This document shows, one piece after another, positions 1-8,740 of a DNA stretch of 32,000 nt. The notes under the pieces are model-generated. The model did no database searches. It was not told the DNA's origin and worked only from the letters and a program-made list of their open reading frames with translations. Numbering within the stretch: position 1 is the stretch's first letter; each line of letters starts with the position of its first letter. Source of the stretch: Erysipelotrichaceae bacterium MTC7 (GTDB taxonomy: Bacteria > Bacillota_I > Bacilli_A > Erysipelotrichales > Erysipelotrichaceae). Location of the stretch: contig LVZN01000078.1 in the NCBI GenBank assembly GCA_001695645.1, forward strand, positions 30,001-62,000, written 5' to 3'. A program made the position numbers and the translations under genes.

Positions 1-140
1 ATTCATACATTCACATGTTTGCACCTGGTAGTGATTCACGTACAGCTGATAATTACCTGTACCAAAATCGTCGTTTCAATGGAACGTTTGCTTTAGATGA
101 TTTCTTAAGCAAAGCTTGTTACATGAACGTAGAAGCGTAA
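1..140 (+). CDS. 3' end of a phage head gene, probably the major capsid protein (partial; codons start at position 3)
   Basis: Open frame from the window edge to TAA at 138-140 (...FAPGSDSRTADNYLYQNRRFNGTFALDDFLSKACYMNVEA*). It sits immediately upstream of the head-tail connector genes. The assignment is by synteny only. Confidence 0.4.
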   Translation, partial: SYIHMFAPGSDSRTADNYLYQNRRFNGTFALDDFLSKACYMNVEA

Positions 141-155
141 GAGGGAGGGTTGACT

Positions 156-488
156 ATGTATTTCGCAAGAAAAGAAAATCGTGAATATAAAGTTGATGAA
201 GCAAGTAAAAAAACTTACTTGGAAAAAGGCTTTGATATTTACAATGACAAAGGTGAAGTGGTAGAAAGATCACCTTTGTCAAAAATCACCGTTGCTGAAC
301 ATGAAAAGAAAGTGGCCGATGCAGTTGCAGAGGCAACTAAAGGTGCAGTAAGCGCGGAAGAACTAAAAGCGAAAGATGATGCTATTGCACAATTAACTGA
401 AGCTAATAAAGCGAAAGATGAAGCAGTTGCAGATTTAAAAGCAAAATTAGCAAAAGCAGAAAAAGAATTAAAAGCTGCAGCGAAGTAG
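156..488 (+). CDS. Phage hypothetical protein with an A/K/E-rich coiled-coil C-terminus
   Basis: ORF track 150..488. ATG at 156 lies 6 nt after the SD GAGGGAGGG (141-149), so it is preferred over TTG 150. The C-terminal half is heptad-like AKDEAVADLKAKLAKAEKELKAAAK. Confidence 0.6.
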   Translation: MYFARKENREYKVDEASKKTYLEKGFDIYNDKGEVVERSPLSKITVAEHEKKVADAVAEATKGAVSAEELKAKDDAIAQLTEANKAKDEAVADLKAKLAKAEKELKAAAK

Positions 489-497
489 GAGGTGCCT

Positions 498-884
498 ATG
501 CCCTACCAACCATATGTAGATGAAAACTACTACAAAGAAACTTACGAGGGAGTAGTGAAAGATGTTTACTCTCTTGGAAAATTACTCAAAAAGGCAAGTC
601 GTCACATTGATACATTAACTTTCAACCGAATTATAGGTAAGTTTGATGATCTAAGTGATTTTCAACAAGAAATTATAAAGGATGTTATATGTGAACTTGT
701 CGATTTTGAGTATACAAACAAAGATGCTCTTGAAACAATTCTTAGTGAGTATTCAATCAACGGTGTAACAATGCATTTTGGAGAGTCCTGGACAGTAAAA
801 GTTGAGAATGGTATTCCAATACCAACTGAACTTTTTTCGCTCCTAGAACAGACAGGATTAACTACTAGGAGCTTTTACTATTAA
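498..884 (+). CDS. Putative head-tail connector/adaptor protein
   Basis: ORF 492..884. ATG 498 follows the SD AGGAGG (487-492). Size about 128 aa, and its position between the capsid and head-closure genes fits the role. No family is named with certainty. Confidence 0.5.
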   Translation: MPYQPYVDENYYKETYEGVVKDVYSLGKLLKKASRHIDTLTFNRIIGKFDDLSDFQQEIIKDVICELVDFEYTNKDALETILSEYSINGVTMHFGESWTVKVENGIPIPTELFSLLEQTGLTTRSFYY

Positions 885-1221
885 GTATCCACAGTTAGTC
901 CCCGATTCAGTATGCACCACACCGATTGAAGTAACGATTTACAAAGAAGAGTTAGGGCCTACAGGTGGGCCACAAGTTGCGATAGATGCAACATCATTGA
1001 AATGTAATTTCCAAGATGAAGCCTATCAAATATTAAATGCTGAGAAGAGTCTTATCACTTTAAATGGTAAGGCTCTTTTTAATGGAGATATTGCACCTGG
1101 ATTAGCAACTATCTCAAATGGTTTTGTAATTGTACATGGCGAAAAAAGACAAATTTACAAAGGTCGAAAATCACGCAATCCTGATGGTTCAGTGAATTTC
1201 ACGACATTGGAGTTGAAGTGA
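880..1221 (+). CDS. Putative head-closure / head-tail joining protein, probably starting at a non-canonical ATT (alternative start: TTG 997)
   Basis: The frame is open from 862 to 1221, but the first ATG/GTG/TTG is TTG 997 and it has no SD. TAGGAG (866-871) lies 8 nt upstream of an in-frame ATT at 880, which overlaps the upstream stop (ATTAA). The 113-aa product fits the usual size; a 74-aa product would leave a 112-nt gap in an otherwise gap-free module. Confidence 0.5.
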   Translation: MKYPQLVPDSVCTTPIEVTIYKEELGPTGGPQVAIDATSLKCNFQDEAYQILNAEKSLITLNGKALFNGDIAPGLATISNGFVIVHGEKRQIYKGRKSRNPDGSVNFTTLELK

Positions 1222-1601
1222 TGGCTGTAGCAAAAACAAAGTTGAAGTTATTTCCATCAAAATTAAAGCAATTGGATATAGATGGTCAAAGAGCACTTGC
1301 TATGACAGCTGAAGAATTGAACACTCGAGTTCGAAATGCACAAGTAATGCCCTTTGATAATGGAACCATGCAAAATGAAAATACAGATGTTGATGATACG
1401 AAAGCGGCAAATGGAAAAGTGACGATAATCACTACAAGTCCCCAAGCGCGTCGTTTATATTTTCATCCTGAATACGATTTTCAAACCATTAACAACCCTA
1501 ACGCAAAGGGTAATTGGTATGAAGATTGGTTACCAGGTGGAACGAAACAAAAAGATGCAGCAAAGATTTTCGGTCAGTTCTACAAAAGGCTTATCGGCTA
1601 G
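1221..1601 (+). CDS. Head-tail joining protein (HK97 gp10-like / 'minor capsid' type)
   Basis: ATG 1221 overlaps the upstream TGA (GTGATG), and GGAG lies 8 nt upstream. The motif SPQARRLYFHPEYDF recalls gp10-like joining proteins of Firmicute siphophages. Confidence 0.55.
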   Translation: MAVAKTKLKLFPSKLKQLDIDGQRALAMTAEELNTRVRNAQVMPFDNGTMQNENTDVDDTKAANGKVTIITTSPQARRLYFHPEYDFQTINNPNAKGNWYEDWLPGGTKQKDAAKIFGQFYKRLIG

Positions 1602-1610
1602 GAGGTAAAG

Positions 1611-2018
1611 ATGCTTACATTAACAAACATAAGGGAGTGGCTAGAAGGAATGGAACTAGGATTTGATTTCTACTATGAAGGTAAACTTGATAGTAAGAAA
1701 GAAAAATCACTAGGAGTCTATCAACTAGAAACTAGCAACGTGCCTCATGTTGCTTTAGGTGGATTAGCCAATACAAGATACAAAACCAAACCAATTAGTT
1801 TGCTGGTCCATTGGGACATGTATCATGACCATACTGAGAAAAAGGCATTGGAATTGTACAGTAAACTAGAAAGATTGGAACAATTCAATTTAAATGATAC
1901 ACGTGTGTATTATGTTGAGTTGTTGAATAACGAACCTGTAGACGTCCACACGGATGATACAGGTATTTATGAGCGTGTGATTCAGCTCATAATTTATTAT
2001 GAACGAAAGGAGGCATAA
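1611..2018 (+). CDS. Putative tail terminator / tail completion protein
   Basis: SD AGGAGG 6 nt upstream; 135 aa; located directly upstream of the major tail protein gene. Confidence 0.5.
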   Translation: MLTLTNIREWLEGMELGFDFYYEGKLDSKKEKSLGVYQLETSNVPHVALGGLANTRYKTKPISLLVHWDMYHDHTEKKALELYSKLERLEQFNLNDTRVYYVELLNNEPVDVHTDDTGIYERVIQLIIYYERKEA

Positions 2019-2020
2019 TT

Positions 2021-2437
2021 ATGCCAGAAACAGGAGTATATCCTTGCTATAAAAATCAATTTCAAATTGATAGTGATTCTATTGCAGATATGGAAACATT
2101 TGGTGTTGCGTTTGATAACGGAATTGAAGAATGGAAACCGTTCGATGCAGAAGGGTGGACACGTCGATTAATGACTGCAAAATCTCTTACGATTACTGTA
2201 ACAGGAAAAAGAAATGTCGGTGATGCAGGTAACGACAAAGTAGCAGCTCTATATTCAAAAAATGGACGTGATGTAGAAAAACCATTCACTTGGACTTTCC
2301 CTGATGGTTCGAAGGTTGAACTAGCAGAAGCGGTAATCAATGTTACCAATGTCGGTGCAGGTGACTCTACAGGAGTTGCACCACTTGAATTCGAAGTAAT
2401 GAGTAACGGTAAACCAACCTTTACTCCAGCAGTGTAG
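2021..2437 (+). CDS. Major tail (tube) protein
   Basis: SD AAAGGAGG upstream; 138 aa, beta-rich. It sits immediately before the chaperone pair and tape measure and is followed by a strong terminator, the usual pattern for a highly expressed tail tube gene. Confidence 0.7.
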   Translation: MPETGVYPCYKNQFQIDSDSIADMETFGVAFDNGIEEWKPFDAEGWTRRLMTAKSLTITVTGKRNVGDAGNDKVAALYSKNGRDVEKPFTWTFPDGSKVELAEAVINVTNVGAGDSTGVAPLEFEVMSNGKPTFTPAV

Positions 2438-2464
2438 AGGGACTTCGGTCTCTCTCTTTTTATT
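2436..2464 (+). terminator. Rho-independent terminator/attenuator after the major tail gene
   Basis: 8-bp stem AGAGGGAC / GTCTCTCT (one G.U pair) closing a TTCG tetraloop, followed by CTTTTTATT. Confidence 0.65.
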
Positions 2465-2475
2465 AGGAGGACAAT

Positions 2476-2808
2476 ATGTCAAAAAATATTGATTTATCAA
2501 GTTTATTATCTGAAGAAAAGCCATCGCTAACAATCAATGGAAAAACATATATTGTGAATGATGAAAAAACAAATGTTTTAAAAATGAATGACGAAATGAA
2601 AAAAATATCAAAAGGCAAAGAAGAAGATCGTGATGATTTCGCCATTTTATCAAAAATTATTGAAATGCTTGTTGGAAAAAAAGCAGCAAAAGAAATTGAT
2701 GCATTACCATTAAGTTTTTCTCAATACCAAGAAGTTTTCTTCGCTTTATTGGCATTAGTCAATAATGAAGAACTAGAGGTGGTGAAGGCTCGATTTCACG
2801 GACAATAA
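2476..2808 (+). CDS. Tail assembly chaperone (gpG-like)
   Basis: SD AGGAGG 5 nt upstream; 110 aa acidic protein between the major tail and tape measure genes. Confidence 0.7.
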   Translation: MSKNIDLSSLLSEEKPSLTINGKTYIVNDEKTNVLKMNDEMKKISKGKEEDRDDFAILSKIIEMLVGKKAAKEIDALPLSFSQYQEVFFALLALVNNEELEVVKARFHGQ

Positions 2809-3157
2809 TTCAAGCGATGATTATTATGACATCATTGACGATTGGCCATTAATTGAATCGAGCTTTTTCAAACAATATGGAATTAGATTACGAAGCGTAA
2901 GCGATATGCCTTGGAACGAATTTTGCTCATACTTAACAGGGATTATGGATGATACTCCATTAGGAAGAATCGTAAGTATTCGAGCAGAAAAAGATAAAGA
3001 AGTTATAAAAAGTTTCACTAAGGAGCAAAAGCAAATTAGAAATGATTGGTTAAATCGTAACGCTAAGAAAATAGATAAACAAACATATGATGAAGTGATT
3101 GAAGGTTTCAAAAATATGTTTAAAAAACTGGCGGAAGGAGGTGTAGCTAATGAGTAA
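2476..3157 (+). CDS. Tail assembly chaperone frameshift fusion (gpGT-like), with the shift inside 2786-2808
   Basis: The downstream frame is open from 2786 (after TGA 2783-2785) to 3157, but its first ATG is at 2906 and has no SD. Conserved-looking residues (DDWPLIESSFFKQYGIRL...MPWNEF...LTGIMDDTPLGRIVSIR) lie upstream of and across that ATG. This frame is +1 relative to the gpG frame. Confidence 0.55.
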
Positions 3158-6100
3158 AACAACAGTCGGACAAATAGGTCTTGATTTAACTTTGAATGGA
3201 CGAGGTTTTGATAAACAAATCAACTCAATTACAAACAAATCAACTGCCAATATGGAAAACTCTTTCGGTAAAACGTTCGGAAGAATAGGAAAGATGGCTG
3301 CCGCTGCCTTTTCAATTGCTGCTATTGGCAAGTTTGCAGCATCGTGCTTGAGTCTAGGAAGTGACTTAGCTGAGGTTCAAAACGTTGTTGATGTTGCCTT
3401 TCCTAAAATGAATGGACAGGTCAATAACTTTGCTAAAAACGCGATTACTCAATTTGGTTTAAGTGAGACAGTTGCAAAAAGGATGGTTGGTACATATGGA
3501 TCTATGGCCCAAGCATTTAAATTCACAGAAAAAGAAGCAGCAGAGATGGCTACAACTCTTACAGGGTTAGCTGGTGATGTTGCTTCTTTTTATAACATCG
3601 ATGGTGATTTAGCATATACAAAGCTGAAATCAGTGTTTAGTGGAGAAACGGAAACATTAAAAGATTTAGGGATTGTAATGACTCAAACCGCTTTAGATGA
3701 GTATGCACTGTCGCAAGGAATTAATAAGTCAACTGCTGCAATGACTGAGCAGGAAAAGGTAATGTTACGTTATCAATTTGTTCAAGATCAATTAAAGTTT
3801 GCTACTGGTGACTTCGCACGTACACAAGACTCGTGGGCTAACCAAACACGTATCCTTACATTGCGTTGGGATTCGTTCAAAGCATCAATAGGAAAGGGAT
3901 TGATTGCTTTATTCTCTCCTATCATCAAAGGGATTAACTGGGTGTTAGCAAACCTACAAGTGCTTGCTGACTCGTTTGGGAATCTTATGGAGATGCTCAC
4001 AGGTTACAGTGGGGACTCAGGTGGTGGAGCGTTAGCTGATGCTACTGAAGATGTAGGAGCAGTTGGGACTGCTGCGGATGATGCAGGAGATGCCGTTGGT
4101 TCTGTTGGTGATGGAGCAAGTAAAGCAGCTAAGAAGATTCAAAAGGCTTTCGCTAAAGTTGATACTATCAACAAGCTAACATTTGGTAGTGATGATGGTG
4201 ATAGTGGTTCTAGCGGTTCAGGAGGAAGCGGTGGCGGATCTTCAGAAGGAAGTGTTGCTGATGCTGTAGATTTTCCTAAAGCAACTAAACAAGCAAGTAT
4301 CTTTGATGGGATGCTTAATGGAATTATCAAAGAATTCGAAAGATTGAGTTCGTTATTTATTGCTGGATTCAATTTTGGCTTTGGTGATTCATACAAAGAT
4401 CTTGAGCGACTAAAAAAATATATATATTCAATTGGCGATAGTCTCGTAGAAATATTTACAAACGAAAAGGTTCTTTCATCAATAAGAAACTGGGCCGATT
4501 CATTTTACTATGGATTAGGTACAGGAGTTGGTGCGGTCGCTTCGATTGGAACTACTATAGCAACGTTGTTTGTTGGTTCCATTTCAACATATTTAGAAAG
4601 AAATATTCCAAGAATCCAGGGATTTATTTCGAATATGTTTAATATTCAAGCAGATACTAATCGTATACTTGCAGGATTCTATATGACAATTGCAGATATT
4701 GCTAGAGTATTTGCATCTCCTACAGCAATCTCAATCGGTGCAAACTTGATTCAGTCAATTGTTAATGGTGCTATGGGTTATATGGAACTTTTTCAAAAAC
4801 TTGGTAGAGATATTCTATCAACACTTGTTGGGCCAATAGTAGAAAATAAAGGACTGATTAAGACAACACTCGAAGGAATGTTGAAACCTATCGAGAAGGT
4901 TACTGGTAGCATTGCTAAGTATGTGGACAATTCATTTAAAAAGATTCATGAAACATATGATCAATATGTAAAGCCAGCATTCGATAAAATCAAAGAATCG
5001 TTGACTAGTATTTTGAAAGTTATTCTTGAAAAATATAATGAGTATATTAAACCGGTAATTGACTATATTGCCGAAGATTTTTCAAAAATTCTTAATGAGT
5101 ATATTCAACCAGTTGTAAATAAACTGATTGAATTCGTAGGGCAGCTCGCAGAGTTTATAAGAACGATGGTTGCTTTTTTAACTCCGATTGTTGAATTTTT
5201 AGTTGGAGTATTTGCGCCAATTGTGGCAACTGTTTTTCAGACAGCGTGGAACATACTAAGTGATTTTGTGAAATTTGTTGCAACTGTGGCAAATGGAATA
5301 ATCACATTCTTTAGTGGTGTCCTTACTTTTCTAAATGCCGTATTTAGTGGTGATTGGAGTGCAGTATGGCAAGGTATCAGTGATTTCTTTGGTGGTATCT
5401 GGCAAGGTATAAAAGATACTGCAGACGAAATCATCAAAAACGTTTCTGAATTCATTACAAATACGATTAAAAACATTCAAGTAATTTGGAATACAGTTTG
5501 GAATGGGATTGGAACATTCTTTTCTAATATCTGGAAAGGAATTAATGACGGTATTGGAACAGCTGCAGGAAGACTAAAATCAACAATTGAAACAGTACTA
5601 AACACAATCAAAGGTGTATGGGAAACGATGTGGAACGGATTGAAAAGTTTTGTATCTAACACTTGGAATTTTATCATCGGTATATTCAATAAAGGTGGAA
5701 AAATATTTGATGGCATCGTTGGAGGTATCGCTGATGTGTTTAAATCGATTGTGAACACAATTCTCTCAGGAATCAACAAGGTTATAGCTGCACCATTCAA
5801 AACAATCAATGGATTGCTAAATACAATTCGTAATTTTGATGTCCCAGTCGTTGGGAAGGTGTTTAAAGGCTTATGGGGTTCTAACCCATTGCCAATACCA
5901 CAAATCCCAGCATTGGCTCAGGGTGGTTATGTAAAGGCCAACCAGCCACAACTCGCAATGATTGGGGATAACCGACACCAAGGTGAGGTTGTTGCTCCTG
6001 AAAACAAACTACGCGAGTTAGCAGATCAAGCAATCGCTGGTGCAAGTAAAGGTTCTGATTCAGGTATGTTGAAAGAAATAATCCAATTGCTAAAGCAATT

Positions 6101-6206
6101 AATTATTCTTATTTCTTCATTGAAATTAGAATGTGAAGTTGATCGTAAAGGATTATTAATATCACTTAAAGAAGCTGAAAAAGAATTGGCAATGATAGGA
6201 GGATAG
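3150..6206 (+). CDS. Tail tape measure protein (1018 aa)
   Basis: Largest ORF, in the canonical position. SD GGAAGGAGGTG upstream, and the start overlaps the chaperone stop. Contains a G/S/D-rich linker, periodic W/F repeats and a C-terminal ALAQGGYV...AMIGDN motif typical of tape measure proteins. At about 0.15 nm per residue this implies a tail of roughly 150 nm (inference). Confidence 0.9.
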   Translation: MSKTTVGQIGLDLTLNGRGFDKQINSITNKSTANMENSFGKTFGRIGKMAAAAFSIAAIGKFAASCLSLGSDLAEVQNVVDVAFPKMNGQVNNFAKNAITQFGLSETVAKRMVGTYGSMAQAFKFTEKEAAEMATTLTGLAGDVASFYNIDGDLAYTKLKSVFSGETETLKDLGIVMTQTALDEYALSQGINKSTAAMTEQEKVMLRYQFVQDQLKFATGDFARTQDSWANQTRILTLRWDSFKASIGKGLIALFSPIIKGINWVLANLQVLADSFGNLMEMLTGYSGDSGGGALADATEDVGAVGTAADDAGDAVGSVGDGASKAAKKIQKAFAKVDTINKLTFGSDDGDSGSSGSGGSGGGSSEGSVADAVDFPKATKQASIFDGMLNGIIKEFERLSSLFIAGFNFGFGDSYKDLERLKKYIYSIGDSLVEIFTNEKVLSSIRNWADSFYYGLGTGVGAVASIGTTIATLFVGSISTYLERNIPRIQGFISNMFNIQADTNRILAGFYMTIADIARVFASPTAISIGANLIQSIVNGAMGYMELFQKLGRDILSTLVGPIVENKGLIKTTLEGMLKPIEKVTGSIAKYVDNSFKKIHETYDQYVKPAFDKIKESLTSILKVILEKYNEYIKPVIDYIAEDFSKILNEYIQPVVNKLIEFVGQLAEFIRTMVAFLTPIVEFLVGVFAPIVATVFQTAWNILSDFVKFVATVANGIITFFSGVLTFLNAVFSGDWSAVWQGISDFFGGIWQGIKDTADEIIKNVSEFITNTIKNIQVIWNTVWNGIGTFFSNIWKGINDGIGTAAGRLKSTIETVLNTIKGVWETMWNGLKSFVSNTWNFIIGIFNKGGKIFDGIVGGIADVFKSIVNTILSGINKVIAAPFKTINGLLNTIRNFDVPVVGKVFKGLWGSNPLPIPQIPALAQGGYVKANQPQLAMIGDNRHQGEVVAPENKLRELADQAIAGASKGSDSGMLKEIIQLLKQLIILISSLKLECEVDRKGLLISLKEAEKELAMIGG

Positions 6207-6209
6207 GAC

Positions 6210-6581
6210 ATGGCATATAAAACGTTACTGGTTATTGATGGTGTTACCATAAACAACATTGTTAGTTATGATGATTTGGCATCTACACAAGATGGGGAAA
6301 AATCTGGTCGTGTCCCATCTCTTCACATGAATCGAGATATACTAGGTAGAATTATGAGTATTGATGTGACTCTTGGAATTACACCAGTAAATGAAGGCAT
6401 GGTTATTTTAAATTTATTAAAAAACCCTGAAATGCGTGTGCAATTTAGAGATAGTGAGACTGATACTTTGAAAACAATCGAATGCTATTGTGTTGATCCG
6501 AAAAAATCGCGATTAGAGGGCATGATGGATTACTTCGAAACTATTCAGTTTCAACTTGTTTCGATTGCGAGGTATGACTGA
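6210..6581 (+). CDS. Small tail component in the distal-tail-protein position (function uncertain)
   Basis: SD AGGAGGA upstream; 123 aa, beta-rich; located directly after the tape measure. It is much shorter than typical Dit proteins. Confidence 0.35.
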   Translation: MAYKTLLVIDGVTINNIVSYDDLASTQDGEKSGRVPSLHMNRDILGRIMSIDVTLGITPVNEGMVILNLLKNPEMRVQFRDSETDTLKTIECYCVDPKKSRLEGMMDYFETIQFQLVSIARYD

Positions 6582-8737
6582 TGTACCAAGTATCTGTAAG
6601 CGAAGCCTTTAAAACAGCAATTGCTAAATCTGTACGGCGAATGGACTGCTATTTCTTGTTCGAAGGAAATAGATACAATCCAATAAGTGTGAAAATTGAT
6701 GATAATGTCTATGGTACTAACAATGTATTTGTTGGTACCTTTATTGCAAAAAGTGGAACGATTAAAGTTGATTTTAAAAATCAGTTGAATCTAGAAAATC
6801 GAAACATTGAGATATTCATGGGAGTATATGTAAATAGTACAGACATTGAATACGTTCCGATGGGTACTTATCATATTTATGAAGTGAGTAGTGATGTTGA
6901 ATATAAAATTATGGATAGCAAAATGTTGTTCAATATTCCATTTAACACATCTGCAGTTATTTATCCAATCACTGTAAAAGATTTGCTGATTGAGGTATGT
7001 AGTCAGGCAGGCGTACCGCTTCATGATGATGTTTTACCAAACCAAGACTTCGTTATTCCTAGCGAAGTCTTTTTTGGTGTAAATGCGACCTGTGCAAATG
7101 TAGTTGAAGCAATCGCACAAGCGACATGTACGGTTGCTCGTATAAATCGAATAAACGAATTGGAAATGAAATGGTTCAATGAAGTTGATATCAATGTTGG
7201 TATCAATGCACAATCGAAGCAAATCACGACTACTGAAAAGTATGGCCCAATCAATTCTTTGGTTTTATCTAGAATGCCACAAAATGAAAATGTATACATT
7301 CAGGACCAGCAATCAATTGATGAGCATGGGCTGACTGAAATGAACATTGCTAACAATCCGATTTTAGACATTGATAGAAATGAATCAAAGTTGGAAATAT
7401 TCGATCGTGTGAATGGAATGGAATACATACCATTCAAATGTGAATTGCAAGGTCAAATACATCTTGACAGTTGTAATGTAATCAATATTACAAATAGATC
7501 AAGAAATATTGTTAAGGCACATATTTTCAAACACTCTATTCAGTACTCCGGTGGTGTCCACAGCACACTTGAAACAATTACTCAAACAAAGAATCAAATC
7601 AATTATGATATGGCAACATCTATTGAATCTAAAGTGATGAATGTTGAGCTGATCGTAAATAAGATTGATGGTGAAATTAGAGCAGAGATTTCTAATATAA
7701 ATACCAAGGTCGAGAACTTGAAGCCTATGGTATCAGCATTTGAACCAGAGAACCCTGTTGAAGGGCAAACGTGGATTGATATATCAATGAGTCCTCCAAC
7801 TGAAAAGACTTGGTACGAAGGCGCGTGGGTAGTAGTAGGAGCGTATCAAGGAGACCTTGAAGATTTACAAGGGCAAATCGAATCACTCAATACATCCATT
7901 ACAATGCAGCAAGGATCCATTGAAATGCTAGTAGAAAACAATACTACCATTATCAACGGGAACGAAGTTACATTAAAAGAAGCTTACTCATACATTCAAC
8001 AACAAGTTGATGCTATTAACTTCGCTATTAGCGAAAGTGGTGGAATTAACAAACTACTTAATAGTTGTGGTTGGAACGGTACCGAATTTTGGAATGTTCA
8101 AGGAAACGTTCAATCGTTAACCGATGTTGATATTCGTAACAACACAGTGAGTGGATATGCGTTCATGGTAAATGCAGGAACGTTGACACAATCATTCAAA
8201 ACGATTGTAGGACGTAAATACACTGTTTCATGCAAGATACGTAAATTCACAAATACGGCATATTTGAAGATTACGACAGGTACACAAGAAGTGTTCCTTT
8301 TTAATTTGCCGACTGAAGTGCAAAGTGACTGGGTATCGTTCAATGTTTCATTCGAAGCGTTAGGAAATGAGGCAATTGTGGAAATTGGTTCAGATGGTGA
8401 ATGGTTATTAATTAGCGACATAATGGCAAACGATGGCGAGATACAACAACAATGGTCATCATCAAATGATGAAATTTACACGATGAATGTGAAGATAGAC
8501 AAAAACGGTATCGAAGTTGCTCAAGATGGAACTAACAACAAAACAGTAATAAACACACTTGAGTTCGCTGGATACGACGGTAACGAGCGAGTCTTTTCTT
8601 TGAACGGTGACACTACCGAAGTAAACAAGATGTATGCACACGACAATGTGCAAATTGGTGGGATGCAAATCTATGCACGAACAACAGGTAATTATGGTTG
8701 TGATTTTACGATTATAAAGCGTACTGGAGGAGGATAG
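6581..8737 (+). CDS. Tail tip / baseplate protein (Tal-like N-terminus, coiled-coil, C-terminal carbohydrate-binding-module-like jelly roll)
   Basis: The start overlaps the upstream stop (TGATG). 718 aa. A central heptad region (ELIVNKIDGEIRAEISNINTKVENL...) is followed by a C-terminal segment (CGWNGTEFWNVQGN...GRKYTVSCKIR...VEIGSDGEWLLISD) that resembles CBM/galactose-binding-like domains. Confidence 0.55.
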   Translation: MYQVSVSEAFKTAIAKSVRRMDCYFLFEGNRYNPISVKIDDNVYGTNNVFVGTFIAKSGTIKVDFKNQLNLENRNIEIFMGVYVNSTDIEYVPMGTYHIYEVSSDVEYKIMDSKMLFNIPFNTSAVIYPITVKDLLIEVCSQAGVPLHDDVLPNQDFVIPSEVFFGVNATCANVVEAIAQATCTVARINRINELEMKWFNEVDINVGINAQSKQITTTEKYGPINSLVLSRMPQNENVYIQDQQSIDEHGLTEMNIANNPILDIDRNESKLEIFDRVNGMEYIPFKCELQGQIHLDSCNVINITNRSRNIVKAHIFKHSIQYSGGVHSTLETITQTKNQINYDMATSIESKVMNVELIVNKIDGEIRAEISNINTKVENLKPMVSAFEPENPVEGQTWIDISMSPPTEKTWYEGAWVVVGAYQGDLEDLQGQIESLNTSITMQQGSIEMLVENNTTIINGNEVTLKEAYSYIQQQVDAINFAISESGGINKLLNSCGWNGTEFWNVQGNVQSLTDVDIRNNTVSGYAFMVNAGTLTQSFKTIVGRKYTVSCKIRKFTNTAYLKITTGTQEVFLFNLPTEVQSDWVSFNVSFEALGNEAIVEIGSDGEWLLISDIMANDGEIQQQWSSSNDEIYTMNVKIDKNGIEVAQDGTNNKTVINTLEFAGYDGNERVFSLNGDTTEVNKMYAHDNVQIGGMQIYARTTGNYGCDFTIIKRTGGG

Positions 8738-8740
8738 GAT

